From positions 4,768,001 through 4,832,000 of the forward strand of contig OZ242029.1 in the NCBI GenBank assembly GCA_965205015.1: a stretch of DNA of 64,000 nucleotides. The letters run 5' to 3'. Positions within the stretch are counted from its first letter, which is position 1. Every line of letters starts with the position of its first letter. The position numbers and the translations under genes are program-made. Positions 1 to 10,075 of this stretch are shown here, in pieces. This DNA comes from Candidatus Poribacteria bacterium (GTDB taxonomy: Bacteria; Poribacteria; WGA-4E; WGA-3G). The notes under the pieces are model-generated. The model did not search any database, was not told the origin of the DNA, and saw only the letters and a program-made list of their open reading frames with translations.

Positions 1-99
1 GCTTTAGCGGAAGTCACACCATCAGTTGTTAAACTCGCTGAGGTTGAAGGACTCGAAGGGCATGCCGCCGCTATGAAGATCCGATTTGAAGAAGACTAA
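1..99 (+). CDS. hisD: Histidinol dehydrogenase, 3' end (partial)
   Basis: Frame 1 reads ALAEVTPSVVKLAEVEGLEGHAAAMKIRFEED*, matching the HisD C-terminal LAxxEGLxxHA motif. Confidence 0.75.
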   Translation, partial: ALAEVTPSVVKLAEVEGLEGHAAAMKIRFEED

Positions 100-115
100 A
101 TCCATCATCATCGCT

Positions 116-137
116 GGCGAGGTTTCCTAACCTCGCC
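116..137. repeat. REP-like palindrome GGCGAGGTT-TCCT-AACCTCGCC
   Basis: Perfect 9-bp inverted repeat after hisD; related copy at ~60646-60666. Confidence 0.6.
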
Positions 138-182
138 CACACTATATTCTTCACCAATACATTGTCATAGGAGATCCACCAA

Positions 183-893
183 ATGTTTCTCATTCCCCTG
201 AGTCTGCTGTTCCACCTTTCCGAACCTGACATATCTCATCAGAAACCCGTTCTACCTCCCGTTGCAACATTCTCAATTGTCGGATATGACGCAGAAATCG
301 GTGCGCTTGGGATCGCCGTGCAATCCAAATTTTTCGCCGTTGGCGCGGTTGTCCCGTGGGCAGCGGCAGGTGTTGGTGCGATTGCAACCCAATCTCATGC
401 CAACACCACATACGGACCGAACGGTTTAAAACTTCTCAAAAGTGGACTCTCCGCGGAACAGACTCTGGAACGGCTCATCGCTGACGATTCGGGACGTGCC
501 ACCCGGCAGGTCGGTATCGTGGATGCAAAGGGCAATGTTGCTCACTACACGGGAGATGAATGCAACGCGTGGGCGGGTGCCGTCTCAGGGAAACATTACA
601 CGGCGCAAGGCAACATCCTCGCCGGTGAAGACGTTGTCACAGCGATGGGGAAAGCATTCGAGGAGACAGAAGGGGAACTGGCGGATAAATTAATGGCGGC
701 ACTCTTCGCAGGGCAAGAAGCAGGCGGCGATATCCGTGGGCAACAGTCAGCGGCGCTGCTCGTCGTTCAGGAGGGCAGCGGCTACGGTAGGTTCAATGAC
801 CGATACATCGATCTACGGGTGGATGACGCCGAGAAGCCGATCGAAGAACTCCAACGGCTCTTAGAAACCCATAAAAAATTAGTGCCTCGATGA
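183..893 (+). CDS. DUF1028 family (Ntn-hydrolase-like) protein
   Basis: TFSIVG..., GAIATQ, AGGDIRGQQSAAL, IDLRVDD motifs. Confidence 0.85.
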   Translation: MFLIPLSLLFHLSEPDISHQKPVLPPVATFSIVGYDAEIGALGIAVQSKFFAVGAVVPWAAAGVGAIATQSHANTTYGPNGLKLLKSGLSAEQTLERLIADDSGRATRQVGIVDAKGNVAHYTGDECNAWAGAVSGKHYTAQGNILAGEDVVTAMGKAFEETEGELADKLMAALFAGQEAGGDIRGQQSAALLVVQEGSGYGRFNDRYIDLRVDDAEKPIEELQRLLETHKKLVPR

Positions 894-977
894 CCCGCAC
901 TCCTTTTTTTCCTTTCGGCTTTTAGCAATAGAAACCGTCAGTAAACTGCCACAGAAATCGCTACTGACTGCCAATGG

Positions 978-1421
978 CTATTCCACCGACTCATCCACTA
1001 CAAACGACGGACGCTTAAAGCGCGAACGAATGCCGTTTGCTGTCGCTAAGATGGCTGGCAACCGTATAATCCGCCGTTCCACCCGCCGCTTTCCGGGAAG
1101 ATCGCTGATGATAATCCCGATGAGTATCGTCAAAACACCTTGTCCGGGTAAGGGTATCTGGATAATCCCAACGATAACAAGAAGCATTGCGAATAGATTT
1201 TTTAGGCACTTGAAACCTATCCGCAAAACCGGGTGTTTGATGCGGCTCGACTGTCCAGTAGGTAAGAAATAGTCAGAAGGTAAGTAAGCGATCACCAGGG
1301 TGCAAAAGAGGATGCTCACGATAAAGCTCGTGACAGAGACGGAGATGAACATCACCCCATGCGCTTTTAGCCATTCAAAAAGAACCAGACAAAAAGTTTT
1401 TAACGATTCAATAAACCCCAA
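978..1421 (-). CDS. PGPGW-type membrane protein
   Basis: Hydrophobic segments and PLPGQGVLTILIG motif. Confidence 0.7.
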   Translation of the reverse strand: MGFIESLKTFCLVLFEWLKAHGVMFISVSVTSFIVSILFCTLVIAYLPSDYFLPTGQSSRIKHPVLRIGFKCLKNLFAMLLVIVGIIQIPLPGQGVLTILIGIIISDLPGKRRVERRIIRLPAILATANGIRSRFKRPSFVVDESVE

Positions 1422-1443
1422 AAAGTCTTCTCCTCCTCACAAA

Positions 1444-2217
1444 TCATCGACGCGAAACAGCGCCGCCGTCAACAGTCATAATATCGCCGCTAATATAGGC
1501 GGCGTCATCAGAGGCAAGAAACAACACCCCACCAATATAATCCCACACCGATGCGCCCCGTTCAAGCGGAGGCGCGTCCGGCGAAACAGGCGGTAAATCC
1601 GGGAGCATGTCATCTTCAGGAAGATTCTGCGACGCATTCATACCGGTCGGCGCGCCCCCTCCCGGTGCGACGGCATTCACGGTGATACCGTGTGGACGCA
1701 GCTCGAGGGCGAGACTCCGCGTGAGCCGATTCAGTGCAGCTTTACTCACGCAATAACTCAAAACACCGACGTGAGACTCCTCAGCAAAAATAGAGGAGTT
1801 GTTAATAATTCGCCCGCGTATCCCCTGATCTATCATCACCTGAGCAACCGCCTGCGCACAGAGAAGGCATCCCTTCACATTCACCGCCATTACCCGATCA
1901 AACTGCTCTGGCGTCACTTCAAACAACGGCTGCCTCCCGAGGATCCCGGCGTTATTGAAGAGAATATCGATCCGTTTAAATGTCCTGACTGCAATCTCCA
2001 CGGCTTCCTGAACGTCCTCAGGCACAGTGACATCCAATGGAACAGCAATAGCCTCTCCACCGTTGGCACGGACTTCAGCGGCGACGGCATCTGCGCTCCT
2101 ACCCCCCGCAACAACGACAGACGCGCCTTCACGGGCAAATGCCAGACACGCCGCCCTCCCAATACCTAAGGGTCCACCGCCCCCCGTTACAAATGCAACT
2201 TTGTTCTCAAAACGCAT
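1444..2217 (-). CDS. Short-chain dehydrogenase/reductase
   Basis: TGGGGPLGIG, NNAG, YCVSK (YxxxK), VDGG. Confidence 0.9.
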   Translation of the reverse strand: MRFENKVAFVTGGGGPLGIGRAACLAFAREGASVVVAGGRSADAVAAEVRANGGEAIAVPLDVTVPEDVQEAVEIAVRTFKRIDILFNNAGILGRQPLFEVTPEQFDRVMAVNVKGCLLCAQAVAQVMIDQGIRGRIINNSSIFAEESHVGVLSYCVSKAALNRLTRSLALELRPHGITVNAVAPGGGAPTGMNASQNLPEDDMLPDLPPVSPDAPPLERGASVWDYIGGVLFLASDDAAYISGDIMTVDGGAVSRR

Positions 2218-2436
2218 TCAGTTCACCTCTTTCACACAATTCCCATGCTTTCTCTGTACTTTAATATTTTATCATAACGTCCGATTGTTATGCAAAGTTT
2301 CACACGATTAACAGGAGAAAAAAAATGCATCCACGCCGTACCTACAAATTTCCTCTTGACAAATAAGAATAAAAAACACTATTATAGTTAGTAGAGTCGC
2401 GTAAAACCTTGAAATTTAGGCGCAATTTCACGCTTC

Positions 2437-4002
2437 ATGAAGGAAAAAGGAACTCTCACAGTGGACAACACCTCAAAATCGATCCGTTGGTGGCCCCTTT
2501 GGGTGGTCATCAGTTTAGCCGTTTTAGGTACGCTGGTGACATGGCTTTCGGACGCCGGTCATCGCCAAGACAGGATTCTCTTAACCACCATGATTGTCAT
2601 CGGCACAATCGCGTTGGGTATTTTATGGCTATTATTCCTCTCTGAAATGAGATGGCGAGCTAAATTCCTTGCCCTTGCTTCGATCATTTTGGTCGTTTTT
2701 CTCGGGACCAACCTTTTCACATTCAAAGGATTTAGCGGTGACCTCGTCCCGATATTTGAATGGCGTTGGCACGAGAATCACCCGACCTTTCTATCTGGCT
2801 CCGAAAACCCGTCGGTTTCTCAAACCGCCACAAAGGAATTTCCACAATTCCTCGGACAGAATCGAAACGGGGTTATATCAACAACGCAATTGAATCTCAA
2901 TTGGGACATGCATCCACCGAAGTTAGTGTGGCGGCGACCTGTCGGTGCCGGTTGGTCAGGCTTTGCAATCGCCGGTAACGCCGCAATCACACAAGAACAA
3001 GAAGACGACCAAGAAAAAGTGGTTTGCTATGAACTCCACACCGGTAGTGTGAAATGGAGCCATCACGATTACGCGAGATACGACACACCGCCCGCTGGCC
3101 TTGGACCGCGAGCCACACCCACGATTTCTGGAAATAGGGTTTACACCGTCGGTTCAACAGGGATTCTCAACTGCCTCGACTTTCAGACCGGAGCGCAACT
3201 CTGGACAACGAATATCTTTGAAGAACACCAAGCAGAAACACCCCCTTGGGGCGTCAGCATTTCGCCGCTTGTTTTCGACGACCTCGTTGTCGTCAGTGCT
3301 GGCGGTGCGGTTGCTTATCACAAAGAGACTGGCGAAGTTGCTTGGAAAGGCTACAGGACCCAGAGCGGTTACAGCTCCCCCTTCCTCACGACCCTCGCAG
3401 GTGTCGAACAGATCGTGATTTTTAACCAAGGCCTCGTCACCGCGCATGCCCCGTTGACGGGTGAACTCTTATGGAAGCAATCCTGGCCCCCCTCAGTGGA
3501 ATGTGTTTCACAACCGGTACCCCTCCCTGATGATAAACTTCTCGTTTCAAGCGGTTACGGCATCGGTGCTAAATTATTCCAAATTTCTCGTAACCTAACC
3601 GGTGAATTCAACGTTTCTACTATATGGGAGACTATATATCTAAAAGCCAAATTCACGAATATCATTTACTACGAAGGCTATCTGTACGGGTTAGACGATG
3701 GGATTTTTGCCTGTATAAACCCAGCCGATGGCACCCGTCAATGGAAACGAGGGAGATATGGACACGGACAGACGCTCCTGATCTCCGATGTCCTCCTCGT
3801 CTTGACTGAATCCGGCGAAGTTGTACTCGTAGACCCAAACCCGAACAGCCATATAGAATACGCGCGTTTCGCACCCCTAAAGGGTAGAACTTGGAACACA
3901 CCCGCAGTGGCGGGTGATTACCTCCTCGTCCGAAACGATCGCGAGGCGGCATGCTATCAGTTACCAACGACTCATACGGACATTCATTCCAATAACAAGT
4001 AA
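2437..4002 (+). CDS. Membrane-anchored PQQ-like beta-propeller repeat protein
   Basis: N-terminal TM helices; FPQFLGQNRNG, GPRATP, GYSSP, TWNTP motifs. Confidence 0.85.
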   Translation: MKEKGTLTVDNTSKSIRWWPLWVVISLAVLGTLVTWLSDAGHRQDRILLTTMIVIGTIALGILWLLFLSEMRWRAKFLALASIILVVFLGTNLFTFKGFSGDLVPIFEWRWHENHPTFLSGSENPSVSQTATKEFPQFLGQNRNGVISTTQLNLNWDMHPPKLVWRRPVGAGWSGFAIAGNAAITQEQEDDQEKVVCYELHTGSVKWSHHDYARYDTPPAGLGPRATPTISGNRVYTVGSTGILNCLDFQTGAQLWTTNIFEEHQAETPPWGVSISPLVFDDLVVVSAGGAVAYHKETGEVAWKGYRTQSGYSSPFLTTLAGVEQIVIFNQGLVTAHAPLTGELLWKQSWPPSVECVSQPVPLPDDKLLVSSGYGIGAKLFQISRNLTGEFNVSTIWETIYLKAKFTNIIYYEGYLYGLDDGIFACINPADGTRQWKRGRYGHGQTLLISDVLLVLTESGEVVLVDPNPNSHIEYARFAPLKGRTWNTPAVAGDYLLVRNDREAACYQLPTTHTDIHSNNK

Positions 4003-4067
4003 GTCATACATCAGATGTATGCTTGCCCCCATAAATAACATTCGGTTCACCGGTTAGGAAAAGAAGA

Positions 4068-5027
4068 ATGAGAAAAGAAATAGGCGACAGAATGTTGAGA
4101 TATATCCGACAGGTATACCCCCTTCTCATCTGTTGTAGTATCGCGTTATTATTTCCTATAGACAGCGTGCCAGCAGGGAAATATCCGGGTGTCCCGCGCA
4201 AACTCCGATCGACGATTGATTCGCCTTTAGAGGCAACTTTCGAACTATATATCAAAAATCGACGGAGCCGCCGAATCTTGTCCACGACGGATCGGACGAG
4301 TTTCGTCGTCTACGACATTTCAAAAAATAAAACACTGGTGTCCATCAACGCAGATCGACAGATGATGGCAGCCTCGCTGATTAAGAACTTCGTTATGCTC
4401 GCCTATTTTCATGAAGTTAAATACGGACGGCAAGCACATACGAATATAAATAAGGGGCACCTGAAAGCAATGATCCAGTGGAGCTCAAACCTATCAACGA
4501 ACTATTTTATTCGGTTACTTGGCGGACCCGCACGCGTCGATCGGATACTGAAAAGGAATTATCCCCATTTTAAGCAGACTCGGATCGTCGAATACATACC
4601 CCGGGGCGGGCGGACCTACAAGAATATGACCTCCTCTCGTGATCTCGGCACCTTCTTCCTACGGTTGTGGCAAGACAGGCTCCCGCATTCGCAAAAAATG
4701 AAGTGGTACTTCAAACTCAAAAATGGGGATTACATCTTTAAACATACCTACATTCCCTCATCCGTGACCGTTTATAACAAAACCGGTACTGTCTACGGAT
4801 TGGTAGGAGATGGTGGCATATTAGTTTTCCGAGACCCCCAAGGTAAACAAAGAGCCTATGTTTTTGTTGGATTGATGGAAGACAGGACCAAGACGAACAT
4901 GAAAAATCGGTGGCAACCCTTTCCTAAGTGGAGAAATCAACGCACCTATATCCTGCGGAGGCTCTCCGAACGCGCCTACAAGTATATCTATGAAAATCAC
5001 TACGGCGGTAGCCTCGCCCGCCGCTAA
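4068..5027 (+). CDS. Serine hydrolase, class A beta-lactamase-like fold
   Basis: ASLIK (SxxK), SSN (SxN) and KTG motifs; signal-like N-terminus. Confidence 0.75.
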   Translation: MRKEIGDRMLRYIRQVYPLLICCSIALLFPIDSVPAGKYPGVPRKLRSTIDSPLEATFELYIKNRRSRRILSTTDRTSFVVYDISKNKTLVSINADRQMMAASLIKNFVMLAYFHEVKYGRQAHTNINKGHLKAMIQWSSNLSTNYFIRLLGGPARVDRILKRNYPHFKQTRIVEYIPRGGRTYKNMTSSRDLGTFFLRLWQDRLPHSQKMKWYFKLKNGDYIFKHTYIPSSVTVYNKTGTVYGLVGDGGILVFRDPQGKQRAYVFVGLMEDRTKTNMKNRWQPFPKWRNQRTYILRRLSERAYKYIYENHYGGSLARR

Positions 5028-5046
5028 TTGCTGGAAGGGGAATCCC

Positions 5047-5703
5047 ATGCGCCGCATTGTTGACATCGGTAGACGCATTGAACTCATACCCATTGACCCG
5101 CACTTCCACGATATTACTATTGGTCTCTATCGCCAGCAAATTGCCGATCCAACGACTGGAACGGCGTTCCCTGCTTTTCTTGTTCACACCTATAGCCAAA
5201 TGACAGGGGTAACCAAGAGAATTCAGGAAGTTGCGCGAGCCATGCAAACACTCGGTGGCATGCGCAAAACCCCCGAAGGCCTGCTCTATTTCCCTTGCAA
5301 AGATCCCCACGAATTCGCATGTCGCCGCGTCTTTTTGGAGGCATGCAAACTCGCATCAAACACCCACGCCGAACCACGCCCTTTAACCATACTGGATAAG
5401 AAATCCCAACTCACCATCACCGTCGATTCAATTGGAAACGGTACCTATCAGGTGAGGGCAAACGGCGAAGGCAGAGGCGCAGCACGACGCATTTCAGCGA
5501 TTGCTGGCGGCTTGATGAAACTCGGCGAAATGGAAAGCGTCAAAACCGCTACCAACGATACTGTCCGTTTTGCCTGTGGGCATTCCCATGACGCACTTAT
5601 CGGACTCCTGTTGATCCGCGCCCCGAACGTCAGAGTCGCTCTACGAGAAGAGGAAATGGGTGCCGCGCGCGGGGTACTTTCCGCTCCAAGCCAGCAAACC
5701 TAA
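5047..5703 (+). CDS. Hypothetical protein
   Basis: ATG 5047 after GGAAGGGG; two similar F(P/A)CxxxH motifs. Confidence 0.6.
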   Translation: MRRIVDIGRRIELIPIDPHFHDITIGLYRQQIADPTTGTAFPAFLVHTYSQMTGVTKRIQEVARAMQTLGGMRKTPEGLLYFPCKDPHEFACRRVFLEACKLASNTHAEPRPLTILDKKSQLTITVDSIGNGTYQVRANGEGRGAARRISAIAGGLMKLGEMESVKTATNDTVRFACGHSHDALIGLLLIRAPNVRVALREEEMGAARGVLSAPSQQT

Positions 5704-5857
5704 AGATCACAAATCGACCCTCTCTATCACGCCCATATTTTTCCACGCCATGAAGTGTGAATGTGTGCGCCTCCTGTTTTTGTTTTTTTTTGACACGTAA
5801 AAGAAATCCGTGATATAATTCCAGCATAGTTTATGCTTCGCGAAGAGGTCAACTCGG

Positions 5858-6601
5858 ATGAACCTATTTTTTAGAATCTTCTCTACAGTGATAGTCGCCT
5901 TACTCACGGCCTATATGATTGGCTGTGAGAGTTTCAACGAAGCGGAAGAACTCCCCGTCGTAGCATTCCTCAGCGCGACGCCACCAGAGAGTGAGGTTCC
6001 AGCAAATGGAACCATCACGCTTAACTTTGACAACGCGCTTGAAGATATAACAGTCCAAGCCAGTATCGGAAAAGTGGGGAAAACCATTATCTCCGGCAAA
6101 ACCGTTACGATCAACGGACCCTTCACACAGGGTGAACTCGCTTTTACCATCACTTGGGCAGATGGTGCGCAAACGCTCAATTATACCGTCACCGCTCCCG
6201 ATCCGAGCATCTCTACAGACACCGAAGACCCCATTAAACCACCAGAGCCGAAGCCGCAACTGACGAAGTCGCCTTTTAACGTCTCTGACAAAAACTTCAC
6301 AACACAGGTCATGGCGTCTGAATTGCCCGTCGTGGTCTATTTCTGGGCAGACTGGTGTCCGCCCTGCAAATGGATGGCACCCATTATCAAGGAGGTCGCC
6401 GCCGAAAACCGGGACACCTTCCTGATCGCGAAGTTAGACGTTGATAGAAATCAGCGGACCACAGAAAAATATCGGATTGAAGCGATTCCGACTTTCATCG
6501 TATTCAAAGATGGAAAGAAGATCGGACGGTTCGTAGGGGGAATGCCGAAAGCCCCGCTTCTCCAGCACATTCGTCAAGTGCTAAACGCTCAGGGAAATTA
6601 A
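5858..6601 (+). CDS. Lipoprotein with Ig-like domain and C-terminal thioredoxin (WCPPC)
   Basis: Lipobox MIGC; FWADWCPPCKWM and IPT cis-Pro motif. Confidence 0.9.
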   Translation: MNLFFRIFSTVIVALLTAYMIGCESFNEAEELPVVAFLSATPPESEVPANGTITLNFDNALEDITVQASIGKVGKTIISGKTVTINGPFTQGELAFTITWADGAQTLNYTVTAPDPSISTDTEDPIKPPEPKPQLTKSPFNVSDKNFTTQVMASELPVVVYFWADWCPPCKWMAPIIKEVAAENRDTFLIAKLDVDRNQRTTEKYRIEAIPTFIVFKDGKKIGRFVGGMPKAPLLQHIRQVLNAQGN

Positions 6602-6612
6602 GGAACTCAAGG

Positions 6613-7653
6613 ATGCCTAACCAAACTGTCAAATCGATGACGGGTCGTGAACGGGTGCTCGCTGCGCTCCGCAACGAACTCACTGACCGCACGCCTGTCT
6701 GTAATCCGACTTCCGTTGCTACGGTCGAACTGATGGATCTCGTCGACGCCCCCTTCCCACAGGCAAATCGAGAACCCGACCTCATGGCACGACTCGCTGC
6801 CACAGGATATACCGAACTCGGGTTCGATACGATCATGCCCGTTTTCACAATTATCCAAGAATCCAGCGCACTCGGTTGCAAAATTCAGTGGGAACAGAAG
6901 GACAACTGGCCCACCGTCAGAATGCGAGAACCGATCTGGGAAGACGTTGATGATATCGTTGTCCCGGACGACTTCTTAACGCATCCAGACACCCAATGCG
7001 TCCTTGAAGCGATTAAAATCCTGAAGAAAGAATACGGTGATGACGTCGCTATCATCGGGAAAACGATGGGACCCTGGTCGCTCGGCTACCACTGTTTTGG
7101 GGTTGAACCCTTCCTGTTGCTCTCACTTGATGATCCCGGCAAAACGAAACTCGCCCTTGATCGGATGAAGGAAGCCACTGTGCAATTCGGGGTCGCGCAA
7201 ATCGAGGCGGGTGCCGACGCACTGACGCTCCCCGACCACGCGACAGGTGATCTGGTCAGCGGTGAATACTACCAACGCTACCTTCGGGACCTCCACATCG
7301 AATTCGTTGAACGTATCCCTATCCCCTTAATCCTGCATATCTGTGGTCGCACTGTTGACAGGATGGAATACATCTCACAAACCGGTATGTCCGCCTTTCA
7401 CTTCGATTCCAAAAACGAACCGCAGGAATCGATGGATATCGTGAAAGAACGTATCGCCCTTGTTGGCAACATTAACAATCCCGAAACACTGTTTGCGAAA
7501 GGACCGGAAGACGTTAAAGCGGAGGTCATAAAAAACCTTGACGCGGGAGTCCCACTCATTGGACCCGAGTGCGCCATCCCCCTTCAGACAACCATCGAAA
7601 ACCTCCAAGCGATTCCAGAAGCCGTCCAAGAATGGCACCACGCACACCTATAA
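6613..7653 (+). CDS. MtaA/CmuA-family methylcobamide methyltransferase (URO-D fold)
   Basis: ILHICG Zn motif, GPECAIP, ALVGNINN. Confidence 0.85.
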   Translation: MPNQTVKSMTGRERVLAALRNELTDRTPVCNPTSVATVELMDLVDAPFPQANREPDLMARLAATGYTELGFDTIMPVFTIIQESSALGCKIQWEQKDNWPTVRMREPIWEDVDDIVVPDDFLTHPDTQCVLEAIKILKKEYGDDVAIIGKTMGPWSLGYHCFGVEPFLLLSLDDPGKTKLALDRMKEATVQFGVAQIEAGADALTLPDHATGDLVSGEYYQRYLRDLHIEFVERIPIPLILHICGRTVDRMEYISQTGMSAFHFDSKNEPQESMDIVKERIALVGNINNPETLFAKGPEDVKAEVIKNLDAGVPLIGPECAIPLQTTIENLQAIPEAVQEWHHAHL

Positions 7654-7672
7654 ACCATCGACGGAAAAACAG

Positions 7673-8293
7673 ATGAAAAAAAATACGGTTTTACTGCTAA
7701 CGACCTGTTTAATCCTGACCAATTTTTTAACGATAGGCTACACACAAGCACCGAACCTTGAACACCTACAAGCCTCCGATGTCAATGCCGATGGCGTCGT
7801 AAACATCCTCGATCTGACGCTTGTCGCCAAAAACATCGGTACGACACCCACCGCAGATCAATCCCTGAACCCGGATGTCAATGCGGATGGAACGGTCAAT
7901 CCCCTCGATTTGACGCTCGTCGTGCGTTATTTTGGTAAGAGATCCGGTATCCCGTTTGAAGTCACGGATACAACTTTTGACGATATTGTCTTGGGTTCTG
8001 AACTGCCGATTGTGGTAGAATTTAAAGACGATAACTGACGCTTCTGCATAATGATGCGACCGGTGGTCGCAGCAGTCGCCTTAGAATATCGCGAGACGTT
8101 CAGTTTCGTCAAGTTGGATGTACCTACCCAACCCGAGAAAACATCTGAATATCGCATTCGTGGAACGCCGACTTATATCGTATTTAAGGATGGAGAGATT
8201 GCCCAAGGCTTCGCCGGCGCCATGCCTAAAGCTGCACTGGTGCAACGTATCCTTGGAAGTTTAGAGATTGAAGTAACTGAGGAGAAAAAATGA
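7673..8293 (+). CDS. Secreted dockerin-thioredoxin selenoprotein (Sec at TGA 8036-8038, URFC)
   Basis: ORFs 7673-8038 and 8051-8293 are in one frame; read-through gives VVEFKDDN-U-RFC-IMMRP, aligning with WADWCPPCKWMAP of 5858-6601. Confidence 0.85.
8055..8071 (+). promoter_or_regulatory. SECIS-like hairpin
   Basis: TGCGACC-GGT-GGTCGCA perfect 7-bp stem; G-starting loop begins 24 nt after the UGA. Confidence 0.7.
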
Positions 8294-9984
8294 GAAAAAT
8301 CACCTTTTTATTTCTAACGACCTGTTTAATCCTCACGAATTTAACCGTAGGCTATACACAAGACGCGGATCTCGATACTTTAAGAGCCTCCGATGTCAAC
8401 GCTGACGGCGTGATAAACATCCTCGATTTGACGCTCGTCGCCGCAAGCATCGGCACGACACCCGCCGCAGATCAGCCCCTGAACCCAGATGTCAACGGGG
8501 ACGGTACCGTCAATATCCTCGACTTGACACGCGTCGCGAGTCACTTGGGTAAAACTGTTCCGCCGCCTGTCGCGTTCGTTGATGCGAATCCAGCAATCGG
8601 CAGACAGATCCCTGCGAATGCTACCATCATTGTAATTTTCGACATGTCGCCAGATAACGTTACAGTCAATGCGGGTGTCGCGACAACTGTTGATAAAACG
8701 GTAACAATCACAGGTCCCTTCCCTCCGGGTCCCTTTGATTTGACAATCGCTTGGACGGGCGGAAGCCAAACGCTCACCTACACTGTCGATATCCCAGATA
8801 TCGTGGCTCCCGAAGTTACCGGTGGCACCATCAGCGATGGCGATAAGGACCTTGACGCCGAAACGGTTAACACCAACGGACGGATCGAAGTTGAATTCAG
8901 CGAAGCGGTGAGTGGCAACATCGCACTGCAAACCGCAGCAGGTGAGGATGCGGGTTGGATCGGCAAAGTTGAAGGCAAAAAAGGGACGCTTGAATTGGTC
9001 AAAGGCAGAGAGATAGGCAACGAAACGACCTATGTTATAGCGGGACAGGTCAGCGACGCTGTAGGCAATTCAACCGATATTCGCATTACCTTTACGCTCC
9101 GTCCACCCGCGGCATTCGTTAGCGCACACCCAGCATCCCCATCCCAAATCGCTGTCGACGATACCATTACCGTGACTTTTGACAACCCTCCAGAAGACGT
9201 TAGGACGAGCACAGGGGATGCCACAACCACTGGGAAAACAGTGAAAATCACGGGTCCCTTCAAACCGGGTCCTCTCGTCTTGACGATCGTTTGGGCGGAT
9301 GGTATCCAAACCCTCAACTATACCGCCCATGTCCCGGATACCGAGGCACCCAAAATTACCAGTAGCAGCGTCAATAACGGGGATAAGGACGTTGACCCCG
9401 AAGCCCTTAACCTCCCTGGGCGGATCGAAGTTACCTTCAACGAAACAGTAACCGGCAACATCGCACTGCAAACCGCAGCGGGTGCTGATGCGGGGTGGCT
9501 CGGAAAAATCGCAGGAAAGAAAGGGACGCTTGAACTCGTCAGAGGCAAAGAACTCGGCAACGAGATAACCTATGTTATTGCCGGAAAAGTTAGTGATGCT
9601 GCGGGCAATTCAACCGACCTCAACATTCGGTTTACCACTTCCAGTAAAACCTCCGGGATCCCATTTGAAGTCACCGATGCGACGTTTAATAGCCTTGTGC
9701 TTAACTCAGAAGTCCCCGTCTTGCTTGAGTATGTAAAGGACGGCTGACCGTCCTGTCAACGGATGGCGCCAGTTGTCGCCCAAATTGCTTCAGAGAACCG
9801 GAACACATTTGCCGTCGCAAAACTGAATATTAAGAATGCCCGACAGACGCTCCGAAAATATCCGATTCGACAAACGCCGACCTATATAGTGTTCCAAGAC
9901 GGAAAACGGGTCGGAAGTTTCGCAGGTGTCATACCAAAAGCCCAGCTACTTCAGAAGATTCTTAGCGTCATAGACGTTGAATAG
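8290..9984 (+). CDS. Secreted dockerin/Ig-repeat/thioredoxin selenoprotein (Sec at TGA 9745-9747, UPSC)
   Basis: ORFs 8290-9747 and 9763-9984 are in frame; read-through gives LLEYVKDG-U-PSC-QRMAP; two dockerin EF-loops and duplicated Ig-like modules. Confidence 0.85.
9765..9780 (+). promoter_or_regulatory. SECIS-like hairpin
   Basis: GGCGCC-AGTT-GTCGCC (one mismatch); loop begins 24 nt after the UGA, same register as 8055-8071. Confidence 0.55.
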
Positions 9985-10075
9985 AATTAGGGGATAGAAG
10001 GATGGAAGAAAGGAAGGACAGAGCCCCCAATCACCTTCTAATCTTCCAATCTTTGCCTCCTGTTATAGATTCCAC

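Noticed and set aside
4068-5027. Antibiotic-resistance beta-lactamase
   Set aside because: Only fold motifs are visible; more likely a cell-wall-related serine hydrolase
8036-9747. Genome-wide TGA reassignment (genetic code 4 or 25)
   Set aside because: Many intact genes here end at TGA, and the internal TGAs occur only at redox Cys positions
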